Source: Massalongia carnosa (taxonomy: Eukaryota). Taken from it: a DNA stretch of 64,000 bases. Positions 37,738-50,784 of the stretch are shown here, piece after piece. Within the stretch, counting starts at the first letter, position 1. The number at the start of each line of letters is the position of its first letter. The notes under the pieces are model-generated. The model ran no database searches and was not told where the DNA came from. It saw only the letters and a list, made by a program, of their open reading frames with translations. A program made the position numbers and the translations under genes. The stretch covers positions 1,302,001-1,366,000 of the forward strand of contig OZ287078.1 of NCBI GenBank assembly GCA_965645245.1. Direction: 5' to 3'.

Positions 37738-39075
37738 ACGAGTCACGCGGGTGAAAAAAAAAGGGCAAGGTGAGCCGAAACTCCCCCACCAAAACTTACC
37801 CCTTTTCTTCCCCTTTTTCTTCCCCATCTTCTTCCTCATTCAACATTTCAAATGCCATCCCACTACGATAAACCTCAAAAGGCCAAGGTGCAGGGAACTT
37901 ATGAATTTCTTCTTGCAAAAGGCATTTCCATCGATCCTCGAGAGATTTTTCAGCATTTTGGCATTCGAAGCGAGAGACAGGGCTATAAGATCATTCGAAA
38001 CGGAGCATCTTCTAGAAGAAGACATCATTCAACGCTCGTTGAGACACGCGGTCGCAAATCAAAAGCCACGGAAGCACAAATACAGGAGGCAGATCACATT
38101 CTACAAGATGAGGGGCTACAGTTGGAAGGAAAACGATACACATGGGAACAATTGGCTATGGAGATTGGGGCCGACGTTGTCGGTCGTACAATGCACAATG
38201 TTATATCGGCTGCTCTAAACTATGAGAAATGTCTGGCCTGCGTCAAGGGATGGCTGGCCGACCCACCTATGGAAAGACTGGTCGAATTTGCTCACATGAT
38301 GCGGACCAGATATCCCAAACCGGAGCAATGGGATCGCGTACGATTTAGTGATGAGATTCATTTTGGATATGGGCCGGAAGGACAGTTACGAATCATTCGT
38401 CAGCCCGGAACACGATATCGTTGGGATTGCATACAGCATCGTGACCCGCCTCCTGAGAAAGATCGAAAACGAAAACATTGCAGGGCTGCAATTGGCTACA
38501 ATTTCAAGTCGGATATTATCTTTATGACGTGCCGGGCAACAGCAATGGTAAAATGACTCATCAGGTGTATATTGAATCCGTTCTTGACCCCGTCGTCAAG
38601 CCCTGGCTGGAGCGTGGGGATGACTTCGTACTTGAAGAAGATGGAGACTCTGGTCATGGCACGAGCAAGACAAGAAATGCCGTCAAGAAATGGAAGGAAG
38701 ATCATCATTTAGAGCATTATTTCAATTGTGCCTCATCACCTGATTTGTCCCCTATAGAAAATTGCTGGCAGCCAGCGAAGCAGCATGTTCGAAATTATCC
38801 TCATTAGGACGATGTCAGCTTGAAGCAGCTGATTAGGGATGGATGGGAACGGGTGACGCAGGAATTCATCAATGAAAGAGTTCGATCAATGCCCAAACGA
38901 TTGGAAGAGGTAATTAGGGCTGAGGGGGCGATGACTGGCTATTGAATAGAATGTATGTAGAATTTCAATGGTCATACGAATTGAAATGTTGAATGGGGAA
39001 GGGAAGAAAAGGGTAAGTTTTGGTTGGGGAATTTCGGCTCACCTTGCCCTTTTTTTTTTCACCCGCGTGCGAGTG
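37738..39075 (+). mobile_element. Tc1/mariner-superfamily DNA transposon with long TIRs and TA target-site duplication
   Basis: Imperfect inverted repeats 37738-37851 and 38981-39075 (CACGCGGGTGAAAAAAAAAGGGCAAGGTGAGCCGAAA..CATTCAACATTTCAA). TA at 37736-37737 and 39076-39077. Encloses a transposase. Confidence 0.93.
37852..38945 (+). pseudogene. DDE transposase with a frameshift and a premature stop
   Basis: VRFSDE..LEEDGDSGH..SPDLSPIENCW motifs. 1-nt deletion near 38521 (IIF/YDVPG), TAG 38805-38807, natural end (GAMTGY*) at 38945. Confidence 0.88.
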
Positions 39076-39774
39076 TATTAGTGGTAACTAACCTTCTCCA
39101 ACCAGTACGGAATAGAGTGACTAAGTATTCTATAAACTAGTCTATTTCAATACGTCGTTAGGGAGTAGATAAGTAAGAGCAGATTGGCAAAAGAACTCCC
39201 CGAGTACAAAGTAATTACTAGTATCTCTGTAGATACCTTTTCGATATCTCTTCTACATAAATATGGGCTGGATTAATCTCCTACACCTTGAATCGTCTAG
39301 AAAATACCGTACAGAGTACAGAGTACAGAATGTGCTGATCTTGATCTCTCATATTAAACAATACAGAGTATCCGTACAGTCGTGTAATATTCTTGCTTAC
39401 AACGTATAAGTATGTTTGTTAAGTATCCTTGTATGGAGGGGCTTTGTACTGTAAGGTGATTGGCACAGTGTAATTACTAGTGCACCCTACGAAGAATATC
39501 AATCAACATGCACTGGACACGGACATCCTGCTATTATTTATGTTCAGGTACTTTCTATAGACTATGTGAACTCAACTTATACAACCAAATAGCCCTTTAG
39601 AAAGGTGGACAGGAAACCACAGAAGTCAGAACATGGCATAAGTCCACTCTGTCCGAGGATATCCGGAGTGGATAATCCTTATCGTGCATGTGAATAACTT
39701 TAAACGTCAACTCCACAAGAGTTTGAGCTTGCGACTCTCTTTAAAACGCCTAGCAAAAACTGCCCTTTAGATTA

Positions 39775-41853
39775 ATGTCCAAGACACTATCCGCACCAGG
39801 TTCACGGCGAACTTCAAGCGATTCAACCCCTGACCTACAGATTAACGACACCCGGGAGACTGGTTTTGTGATAAGTACTCCTCGAAGCAACTTTCAATCA
39901 TCAAGGTTATCCAGTGAACAGTCGCCTTTCCTGCCTTCAGGGGGAAGTGAGGATGCTGAAAACCTTCTACACAACGAGGTGTCAAGGGGCTCACAGGACT
40001 GGCAAGAGGAAGGTGAGGTGGAGTCTAAAAGTGTATTGTATCTCTTCGTGCTCACACTAAGCATTGGCGGGTAAGATAACTCACTAAATCCCTGGGAGGG
40101 TCTTTTTGGTTGCTAATAGAGCGCTGATGAGATTCTTCTAGGCTTCAGATAGCATGGGGGGCTGAGATGTCCAATGGATCGGTATGCACATTGGACAGTC
40201 TTGCCTGCCCACCAACTAACAGGCAATTCCGCTAGCCATTTCTCCTATCTTTGGGCTTAAGTAAGTCCATGCTGGCTTTTGTGTGGATTGCAGGGCCGTT
40301 GTCCGGAGTGCTCGTTCAGCCATATATTGGAATTCGAAGTGATAACAGTCGCATTTCTTGGGGCAAGCGCAAGCCTTTTATGGTAGCGGGTGCGGCTGCT
40401 ACCACGTTGTCGTTTCTTGCTCTTGCCTGGACAAAAGAAATTGTGCATGGCTTTCTGGGCCTATTCGGAGCAGATTCACATTCTCAAGGTGTAAAGGTTA
40501 CCTCGATCGTGTTTGCCGTTGCATTAGTCTATATTCTTGATATCGCTATCAATGCAGGTAATGTGACGCTGCATTGTTATCACTCTCAAGATGCTAACTG
40601 TTCCAATAGTCCAAGCTGCCATCCGTGCTTTTATTGTAGACAATGCTCCTACCCACCAGCAAGAAGATGCCAACGCCTGGGCCGGGCGAATCACTGGGGT
40701 GGGGAATATCGTTGGCTACCTTGCTGGGTATTTGGATCTCCCAAAACGCACCGGGGGCATCTTTGGGAACACGCAATTCAAAGTTCTCTGCGTAATCGCC
40801 TCCTTTGCCCTTTGCAGCACTGTTGCAATATCCACCGCTGTCATACCCGAACGCAACCCACGGTTGGAAGAACGTCCCTCGGCGGAGAGGATTGGCATCT
40901 TGTCATTTTTTCGACAAGTATTTAATTCTATGAAGCGTCTCCAGCCTCAAATCCGCAAGGTGTGCGAGGTGCAAATTTTCAACTGGGTTGGCTGGTTTCC
41001 ATTCCTTTATTATATGACAACGTATATCGGCCAACTCCACCTTAACGCTTATTTCGCCGCTAATCCTTCCCTTACCCCTGAGGAGGTTGATCAGGCATGG
41101 GAAGGCGCCACTCGAGTCGGCACCTTTGCACTGCTAATCTTCGCACTCGTGTCCTTTGCTTCCAGCATGCTTCTCCCCTTTATCATCGTTCCAACATACG
41201 AGCCTCCTCCACCCTTAAAACCAAGTTCATCATTCCATTCCTCCCCTTCTCACCTCCAGAGCCATGCGCAACAAAGTTCACCCGACGTTCGCCGATCGGC
41301 TTCCTTAGGCGCAGCGCCCCTTTCCCACGGCTCAAACGCTCACTCTCGTCTCACCCGCCTCCTCTCCGCCTTCCAAATCCGTTGGCTCACCCTCCGTCGC
41401 GCCTGGTTGCTCTCTCATCTGCTCTTCTTCCTCTGCATGCTCTCCACGTTTTTCATTACCACTCCCGCTGCTGCCACCGTCCTCGCCGGCATCGTCGGTC
41501 TTCCATGGGCCTTGAGCCTCTGGGCTCCTTTCGCTCTTATTAGCGCCGAAATCTCCAAGCGCGACGCCGAAGCACGACGTCCAGACGGCGTCCCTAGTAA
41601 AGACCAAGCCGGCGTGATTCTAGGACTGCACAACGTCGCCATCTCCGCGCCGCAGGTTTTCGCCACATTGGTCAGCAGCGCGATTTTCAAGGCGACGCAG
41701 AAATCGCGGGGCAGCGCGGGCGACGATAGCGTTGGGTGGGTACTAAGGTTTGGGGGCGTGGCTGCGTTGATAGCGGCGTATATGACCTATCGGGTGGGCG
41801 AGGAAGGTGATAGGAAGAGGGGCGAAGAGGAGGGAGAGGAGGGTGCAGAGTGA
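39775..41853 (+). CDS. Sucrose/alpha-glucoside:H+ symporter (SUT1-like, GPH/MFS)
   Basis: LTLSIGGLQIAWGAE, WIAGPLSGVLVQPYIGIRSD..WGKRKPF, QAAIRAFIVD, WVGWFPFLYY, AGVILGLHNVAISAPQ. Three introns. Confidence 0.92.
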
Positions 41854-42039
41854 GAGTTGGGTAGCTCCGGAGTATTGCTCCGGAGTATTACTGACGATAA
41901 TTTTCATGCAATAGTATAAGGGTACGCTGAAGCTTTTCCAGGCTAAGCAAACCTGTTTACGCATTTCTACACCTCTAGCTATTTCCAATTCAAAATACCA
42001 AATTCTAATTAAATAACTCGTTAAAACCCTCCGCTATTC

Positions 42040-42201
42040 ACCTATTCCATACCTCTAGAATCCCCAGGGAAGACTGACTGGTGTGACAGAACGAGTAGAG
42101 GAGACGGACAGGAGAAAAGGGGAAGAAAGGGATGATGGGAAGGGAAACACAAGGATTTACACGACTGGGTGTTTTCCCCTTTTTCCCCTTCTTCTTTCTT
42201 C

Positions 42202-42234
<33 letters not shown>

Positions 42235-43070
42235 ATGCAATACGTCTCGTTCTCGCCGCCATTCATCATCATCACCACCACAAACCCCCATCCCATCCCA
42301 TCCCATCCCATTCTCTCTCTCTCTTCCCCGTCACGACAAACCCGAACCAACCAAACCGTAGAGCGGTGAGAAGAATGCGAAACAGAGCGAGTGCTTTATG
42401 TATCTGTCTACCTAGCTAGAACCCAAAAAAAAGAAGAAAAAAAAAAGTGGTAGCTAGTTGGTTGGCCCTTCTTCTTCTTCTTCCTGCCGGTGAACCCCCG
42501 TCTTGTCCTGCTGCTGTTGCTGCTGCTGCTGCTGCTTCTTCTCCGTCACTGGGTGGATGGATGGATGGATGGATGGGTAAATGGGTAGATGTAGGTAAAC
42601 TGGATTTTTCATTCGGACCCCCCCTACTGGGCTCCCCCCTAGGATGGACAGACAGAGAAAGGGGGGGGAGGGGGGGAAGGAGATAATATCTATATAGAGC
42701 ATGTAACGGTATCTGAAAGGTAAGGTAGGTAGGTAGGTAGGCAAAAAATGGTGCACAAGCTCAGCCAGCCAGCCAGCCAGCCAGTCAGCGAATATGATAA
42801 TAAGTAAGCTAAATAAGTTAAGATAAGAAAGAGGCAGGGAAGAAGAAGGGGTGAAGCGAATCGGCTTCTCCTTTTCTATTAACAACACCGCTTCTCGCTT
42901 CGTTTCGCCTTCCTTTCCAACAATCACAACCGGGAAAATTCTCTCGCCAAACCCCCTTCTTTCCAACCAACTTGGGTTTGCTCAACTCTTCCAAGTTGTT
43001 CCCCCCCCTTTCGTCCTCCCCCAGGTCCATCGTCCATCCAACGGCAGCAGCAGCAACAACATGTCCCATT
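42040..43070. repeat. Low-complexity island with (TATACA)n, (CCCAT)n, (GCT)n, (GGAT)n, (AGGT)n and (AGCC)n microsatellites
   Basis: Runs visible at approx. 42205-42234, 42288-42311, 42508-42536, 42554-42575, 42723-42741 and 42763-42784. Confidence 0.85.
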
Positions 43071-43720
43071 AAAACCTATGCACGTGTCTCTTATTCAACT
43101 GAATGTCCATTCCCGCTTGGTATCATCTACCTGCTTATGCTTATGCGTATGCTCCTGCGTATGATTATGCGTTTTGAGCCACCTTGCTCCCCGCCATGAC
43201 CCGGCTCGGCCTTCGTAACCAACCCACGTACCACACTCACTACCCAATCAACAACCCCCGTTCATCAAGTTTTCGTCATCATCAGCCAGAAGCAACACTG
43301 CGCGCTTAAGTGCTTCTTCACCTCCAAACTCCCCTTCCTCGCCGAAACAATAATAAAGCTGCACATGAAAAAGTGCAAGGAAGAAATCTTTTCAAGCGCA
43401 ATATCGCAAGGTAGCCCGGCGTGCATATCCATGCAACAGAGCCCTGTATAAATCGGGAAAAATAATATTGAATCGAATAAATGGCGAGATGATAGCAAAT
43501 GGGAAAGAATTCTTTTGGTTCTGTGTGACGGATCAAGTACGAGTGCGGAGGAGTTGATGTCTGATTGTGATTTAAAGCAGTGCAGCGAGGAGAGAAGAGT
43601 CGAGCAGGAACCTCGACGAGGTGTATCTGAGGCGCCCGTAGGGTTGAGCAGGAAACCACACCAATGATGCAAAGGGTGCCAGGCGGTTGGAAGAGAAACG
43701 ATTCTCGTGCATTCAAAGAA

Positions 43721-46089
43721 TTATATCTGCTGCTGAAGCAGATGCGATGTTGGAATCATCTGGCTGGACGCAGCCATACCACCGGTTTGCATGGCATTGC
43801 GCATCGAAGCCGTCGACATGGCCGACAGGGCGCTCGGGATGTAGCTGTGCTGTTCGGGAGGAGGGGATTCATCTTCCAGAGCACCAAACTCGTTTTCATC
43901 GTTTTCGAGCTCTTCCTCGCTAAAGCTACCAATCTCCCCATCTGGGCGAGATTCATGCGTGCGACGATGTCTAATTCGGGTCAGTGCCTGCCACCGTTAC
44001 ACCTAGGACGATGACGCATCAGTGACTTACTGTGCTAGATTATCCGACCGGGAGAAGGCTTTGTTGCAGTGAGGGCAGATGTATGGTCGTTCCTGAGTAT
44101 GGGTCCTGACGTGCCTAGCCGCCGGGAAGGGTCAGCATAGACCCCCGAAATGACAACAATAACACGAAACCACGAAAAATGTGAAACGCACCTTTTGAGA
44201 TGTTCCAGCCTCTTGAAAAGGCGTCCACAAGTCGGGATGGGACATGAGTGCGACTTGTGAGGATATGGACCTAATTCCATCATAGTGGCGCTCCGGGCTC
44301 GCCTTATCGGGCCAGGACGTTCAAGGCGGCCGGCAGGGCTGGTGCTGAGCGTTTGCTGGGGGAGGTTGTCTGTTTGAAACCCTGCGTATTCCTCCTGAGG
44401 GAGCATCGTCATGGGATGTTGGGCAGGGCTACCTTCCAACGTCGGCAGCGGTGTCCCATGTCGAGACAGCTCCAGCAGCTCCTTGTGTTGCTGAACAATG
44501 TTTGCATAACCATTGGGGATCGCGGAGGGAGATCCACCCTCGTCCTCTTCGTCCTCGGCCACCGGTCCCACGGAGGCCGAGACCGATCGACGAAGATCGC
44601 TTTGACGATGAACCGCATGAGCGCCTCCGTTGGCGGTGACGGCCACCACGGCATTGGTGGCTCCGGGCCCGATGGACGAGCGCCGTCTTCTCTGCTTGTA
44701 TGTGGGCGAACCTTCAATGACGGAGTAGACGTTGTTGGATGGATAAGCTCGAGACGAGGAGAATGGCGTGCCGGAGAGGTTCGAAGGCGGGAGCTGCATC
44801 ATGGGATGAAAATTATGGGAGGAGTTGACGTCCGGGATGGCGGTGTAAAGACCGGTATCCTCGTTGGCGATGTACGCTGGCTCGGAGCCCAGCGATTGCG
44901 CGTGCTGCGGTGGGGTAACAGGCTCAAAGGAGATGCCCCGATTGCTGTAGTCTTCGTACTGCGAGGAGACAAACGACGGCGCCGGAGAGTATTCCATGTA
45001 CGTCGGCATCGAGGTGTGGCGTTGATGCACTCGCGTCAGGGGAATTCCGTTCCGATCGTATTGCAGCTGTACATAGTCTTGTTCTCGTTTCACAAAGTTC
45101 GTCGCCACGGTGGACGGCATCGAAAGCTGGGAGTAGCCCATTGAAGTCGGCAGGTCCTCGCTGACGGTCGGCATGGGTTGCTGTACCAGCTGCGGGGGTG
45201 GCATCGAATCCACCGCTCGCATGACGGGAGACGTCGATTGCGAGTAGGCGGAACTTGCGTTGGCGGAGAAAGACGACGTGTTGGCTTGTTGGGCTTTGGT
45301 GAGCTGCTCAAACAAGGATTGCGAGGAGTCGAATTCAAACGAAAGCGCTGGTTCGCTGACCGCCATCGTCGTCGCTTCTTGTCCCATTTTCTCCCGCTTG
45401 AGATCCCTTTCCAGCGCATCGAGAAAAAGCCGGTCATGAGGCACGCTGTACCAGTAGAACACCTTTTGCTTCTTCTGTGTCCGTATGCAATTGTTCTTGT
45501 ACATGAAATCCAGAAATGGGCTTTTAGGCTCCTCCAGCGAAGCATCTGTGCCGGATTTGAGGTTTCGCAAGTCGGAAAATATCCCTTCTTCGAATTTCTT
45601 CGAGTTCTTCACGGGCCGCCCAAAGGCTTGAAAGCGAAACGAAAGACATCGGACAATGTCCGTTCCAGAAATATGAAATAGGTTGTTCCTACATCATGTC
45701 AGCGCTCTCGAGCTGGCTGTGGCACGCATGTACGGGCTGGGGTTGCTCACCACAAGACACACGAAACGTACTCGCCGGTGGGCAGCAAGAATCTCCGAAT
45801 ATACTGGTCGGGCGTCCAGTCCACAGGGGCGGAGATGAGAAAATATTTGACTGCGCGACCGAATCAGCCATGGTTCTGGTCCCATGTTCCATTGATCGTC
45901 GCGGTGGTGGGAGGTTGAGCCCAGCAGCCAGCATGGACGCATGAAAGGGGTCAAGATGCACTCACGATTGTCCACTTGGTGCAGAGCGACTTGCGCGTCT
46001 TGTGGCAGACTTTGCTGGGCGGCATCGGACAACATAAAAGTCTCGGGCTTCTGGGGGGGCGCCATTGCCGCGCTGTTTTGTGAATACAT
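43721..46089 (-). CDS. STE12: Ste12/SteA transcription factor (STE domain plus two C2H2 fingers)
   Basis: [89 protein letters not shown] and a second finger ending [14 protein letters not shown]. Four introns. Confidence 0.96.
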
Positions 46090-47770
46090 CGTGGCCAAAG
46101 TGTCTGCTGTCATACACCGATTGCAGCACGTCTGTACTTCAGACCGCAAGACAGATCCAAGACGGGTAGCTATCACACGACGTGGGGTGGTAGGCAGTGC
46201 TCGAGATGCTCCAGGCACAGAAACCCCTCGAGACGTTGAAGAAGGGTGAATCAGTCGACGATCAATGGTCGAACAGCGAATGAACCAAGGGCCGGATCGA
46301 AGGAACCGAAATGTTTTGGAACGAAGGATAAATTTAGAAGTTGAGAGGAGCCGGCCTCGAAAGTCTCAAGGAACTGATAGGATGGAGTGTAGTGTCAGGT
46401 CAAGATAGATGTGCAGGCCTGCCTGTCGAAGTCTCTAATACCCAAGGGGGGGGGGGGGGGGTGGGGTAGTGGTGAGTGGTGTGTGTTTGAGACGAAGGGC
46501 CGAAGAGGATGAAAGAAACGAAATGGGGGAGAAGAGAAAGCGCGAGCCTCGGGTGGTTTACGACAGAACTTAGACTCGGCAGCTGTGACGTTGAAGTTGA
46601 AAGATGTGTTTGAGGATCTCGCGACTGATGAAGGATATGTAGCAGAAAGGTTTCTAAATGCGGGATCGCAAATATCGGGGGAAATCAGACACCACGGGCG
46701 GTAAAAAGTACGAGGGAGGAGGAGGCTATGTTTTAGATCTGACTTGGAAGAGGATACTTGAAGAGTGCAGGGGGAGGGGGGAAAGAGGGGGGGGTGGTTT
46801 GGGGGTTTTTAGGCAACTTGAAGGGTTTTAGTGTGTTGGAGGGCAGGGGAACAGAGTCGTAAGGGTGAAGGGTGAAGGGTTACAGAGTAGTTGAGGGTTA
46901 ATTCACGAATGAGTGGTTGCAGGAAAGAGTGAGCGAGCGTTTTTTCGCATTTGGGGGGAGAAAGCTACTTATTGGATGAAGTTGGATGAAGTTGGATGGT
47001 AGGGTAAGGGGGGTAAGGGTGGTAAGGGTGGTAAGGGTGGTAAAGGGTAGGGGTGATGTGGTAGGGCAAGGACTAATCGAGGCGCTAACCGTCCCCATCA
47101 AGGCCCAGGTTCCATGTGAAGTGAAAGGGAAAAAGGGAAAGGGCAAGGGAAAAGAGAATGAAAAAAAAAGAAAAGGTTAACAGGGATGTTCGGCCAGTAA
47201 GGCTATTTTGGAAACAAGCGCCGACGAAAAAGTGACCAGGATATTTGACTTTAAACCCCAAAAAGTGACCAAAGTACCTCGAATACTAATAATGCAGGAT
47301 TGGTGGATTAGGGGATTGGAATGGGATTAGGGATTCGGGATTGGGGTCACTCCAACGGATTAATGGGTTGGCGGTTCAACGGTGGTAGGTAGGGTAAAAA
47401 AGCAAGGTCGGCGTAACGTCGTGCCCGGGGTTCGTGCATGATTGGGGATTAATATTTATTACACATTCTGTGCCTCGAGCATTATACGCTCTATACACAG
47501 TACTCGGTATCGCGGACAAGAGCACCGTGTACCTAGCTAGTGTTTGTTGATGGTCAATACTATATGATTCTACGATGCTGGACGATTCGATCGAGGGACA
47601 GCGAATCGAAATGGGGGTAAAAAAAGATTTTCTCGGATGGATGAACCACGTTACATGCAAAAGGTTCCGTTTCTGTTGTGTCAGTCCATCACTGGTCAAC
47701 CGCTTTGATGAAGAAGCTCGGTGTTTTGAGGGATTCCTATCGTGCGTCCGGGTTGGAGGTGCAATTACTA

Positions 47771-47859
47771 CATTTGATCCATTTAATCCATTTAATCCAT
47801 TTAATCCATTTGATCCATTTGATCCATTTGATCCATTTGATCCATTTGATCCATTTGAT
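47771..47859 (+). repeat. 9-bp tandem repeat (CATTTGATC/CATTTAATC), about 10 copies
   Basis: Read directly; the two unit variants occur in blocks. Confidence 0.95.
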
Positions 47860-50784
47860 ATGAAGTGCCAATCTGCCCACCTCATTCGGGCCTCGTTTCG
47901 TAGGATAGGAACCTAATATCCCCCCCCCCCTTCAGTGGCAGTCCTGGTTATCAACAGTGTGTACTGGCCAAACCACACCTGACAGAACACAAACATCCTA
48001 CCATGAACCGCCCGAAAAGTCGCAATCGCCTCCCTTCCCGTATGATGGAGGAACGGGATGCGCCATGCATGAAATGCACTGGTGATCGCGAGCAACACTA
48101 TCGCTAGTGGCAGCAGGCACAGAATCGAGCAGAGTCGAGCGATGGGACCCTCGACCAGCCCATTGTGAACGAAGGCAGAGGTCGTTACCTCCGTGCTCTG
48201 CCACAACAGCAACACGAAATATTATAATGCCTTGAAGTAAAAACTGTCGGTTATCAGATGCTTCCGTTATCCTGACGGCACACCGCGGCTAGCACTGATT
48301 GGCTGTTGTGCCATATTACCAATCTGCAAGGGTTGGCTCCATTTCTAATTTTGGCTGCTCGACCGCATTGGGCTTGGCGCAGAGGGGGAAAGTCGATTGA
48401 TGAAACACCGTCAGGGGGGTGCTTGGGTCGTTTTTTGCAGCTCGCTTCGGAAAGTTGGTCGATGAGAGACGGAGAAGAGAGGAAGAGGACGGAATGACGA
48501 GGAGGGATATCCCGGCCAGCACCTGGCCACGGGGTTTTCCTCAATCGCTTTCTTCTTGATATTTAACCATCTCTCTTCCCATTCAATTAGATGAAGGAGC
48601 CATGCTGCAAACGTCCGTCTCAATGCGATCTGTAGGGATGAAAACAGGACATACATTTGGGCAGCCTGGCAATTGAATCACTCGTCGGTAAATGAACCTC
48701 TCGCTTTCGATGGCCCGTTGAGTCTCAATGGGGGAGATCAACCATCCAGTAAGACATGACTAGCAGCATTACTCCTACAGAGGTTGCAAACCTCCTCGTT
48801 AGCAAGAATTAAGTCTCTTGCGGTGGGCGATGCTAGATTCGTTCGGGCAGGTCAATGCCATCTTGCGAAAGCTATCCTCCCCGCACATCCGAAGTGAGCC
48901 TCGCTGCATGATAATGTATGATATCCATGGTCGTTCCTTTAGCGGAAGACCATCTGGCCTTCCATGAGCAGTCTACGGACCAAGAGTTGCGCTGCTGCAC
49001 CGTATTGGCGTCATTGCGTCGGCAACGCTCCGCACAAGCAAGCCATCGCATATCATTTATGAATTGGCTACTTCGTTAACCTTCTCTCCATCCTGAAACC
49101 CCGTTGAGAAAGTCGGTGGAATGTCATCCACCCCCACGCCCCCATGTCTCACCGTTACGCACACTGCTTGAATCGGTCAACATGTATCCTATGATGCCAT
49201 GAGATGCCTCACCTATAGGAGCGGAAGGAAACCAGGAGCTCGCTAAGCCGCGATACTTGGTAAAAAGGGGATGGAAAGTCAAGCGCAGGAAATGTTTATG
49301 CGTGAATGCGGATCGTTCCCGCGGAAGCAAGGCGCTGGCTGATACTTTGCAAGGGCGAATTCTTCATTATGTTTACGACGGACACTCTCGCTGTGTCTGG
49401 CGGTACAGAGTACGGAGTACCATCGCACTTACTCCGTACATATGGGTGCACGCTAGTTGAGCTTGATCCCGCCATCCATGATTCAGTCTGACGGAGCACG
49501 GGACACGCCGTATGATCGACATTCTGAAACATGACTTAACCGCGCCAACAATTCGCCAATTACAAACGGCAATCGTCAACAAGTCCCGGATCAGGTGTCT
49601 AGCTTTCACTGTCGGTTGGCAGATGCGAGAGATGATCCGGCTATTGCTATTCTTGACTTGCTCTACATGAAATACTACCCACATACAGAAGACGTATCCT
49701 AGTCATAGCCTTGAGCGTTACGCCGTGGAGAAGTCAGAAGTCAAAAGGGAAGGAAGCCTGAACTTGCCAGAATGTTGCAGACGCCGTATATAAATATATA
49801 TCATAGCTCTGCAAGAGCCCTAACCAAATTTTGTTAAAGGGGGATCCCCTGATCTAAGGTACGAGTCCAAGTACATGGTATCGACAACTTCCCAATTGGG
49901 ATTCAATCCAGTGCATTTTAACTTTACCTTGTGCCTCGTCCTCATGTCATCTAGCCAAAAATCCTTACCTGCGCTGAGAGGAGTCGCTAACGCACCTAAT
50001 TCTTCCAAACGCCAAACATGGAAACCACTCTCCGGCAAAGACCGTTCATCCATTCGTTGAATTGGGAATCTGAACCTCGATGGTTAATTGTTACAGTTCG
50101 TTTAACTCCATCTGCAAATCCTTCCAAATCCTTCGGAAAGGGAAGACCTGATGCGAAGTGAGACGTCTACCTCTTAACTTTGCTTTTATCAAACAAAGAA
50201 TTCGCACTAACATGGCGAGAATGAGAAAAAAGTAACGAATACTCTAGCATCATCCCTTTGTAGGTTCTCATAGTGTTAAATCATTGAGTCAATGAAAGTT
50301 TAAGTCGCCCTGATAGAGTTTCTATCGCTAGTACCGTCTTGCTGGGGAGGATGCTGTGCAAATGGCGTACAGCTACATGCTCTGAAAGCTGTGGGAAGCT
50401 TCCCCTGGCGCTATTTAGGGCCAAAGTCGTAGCGTTATGTTCAACCGGGTGCCAAGTTTCTGGTCGCTGGTGTTTCGAGTCCTTGTTTCGAAAATACTCC
50501 GACTATCGAAGCACAATTGGATTAAGAGCGGGTGTGTGAGTGAACGATCTAGAACATGTTAGCCTGGTTCTGATGATGACGCCGATAAGCAAGCGAATAT
50601 GGAGAATTTTTAGAGTTCCCCAGACTGAACGTAGACTATCGCCTGTGGTACGCACATTGTAAACTATCAGCACTACAGAGTACAGAGTACACCAGCAAGA
50701 TTTTCAAAATCCGACTTGCCGCGCATTCACCGGAAATCAAGTCAAGCTAGTAGACATGTCGTTCCAGACCGAAGCCAAATAAAA

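Noticed and set aside
44353..45681. Long plus-strand ORFs (263 and 167 aa)
   Set aside because: Antisense shadows of the GC3-rich STE12 exon.
47376..47916. ORFs with SNG/PFD/HLI repeats; CRISPR-like appearance
   Set aside because: Products of the 9-bp tandem repeat; no spacers, and a eukaryotic context.
49820..50220. Protein-like minus-strand fragments (DFWLDDMRTRH.., GLPFPKDLEG..)
   Set aside because: Could not assemble a consistent spliced model or recognise a family; left unannotated.
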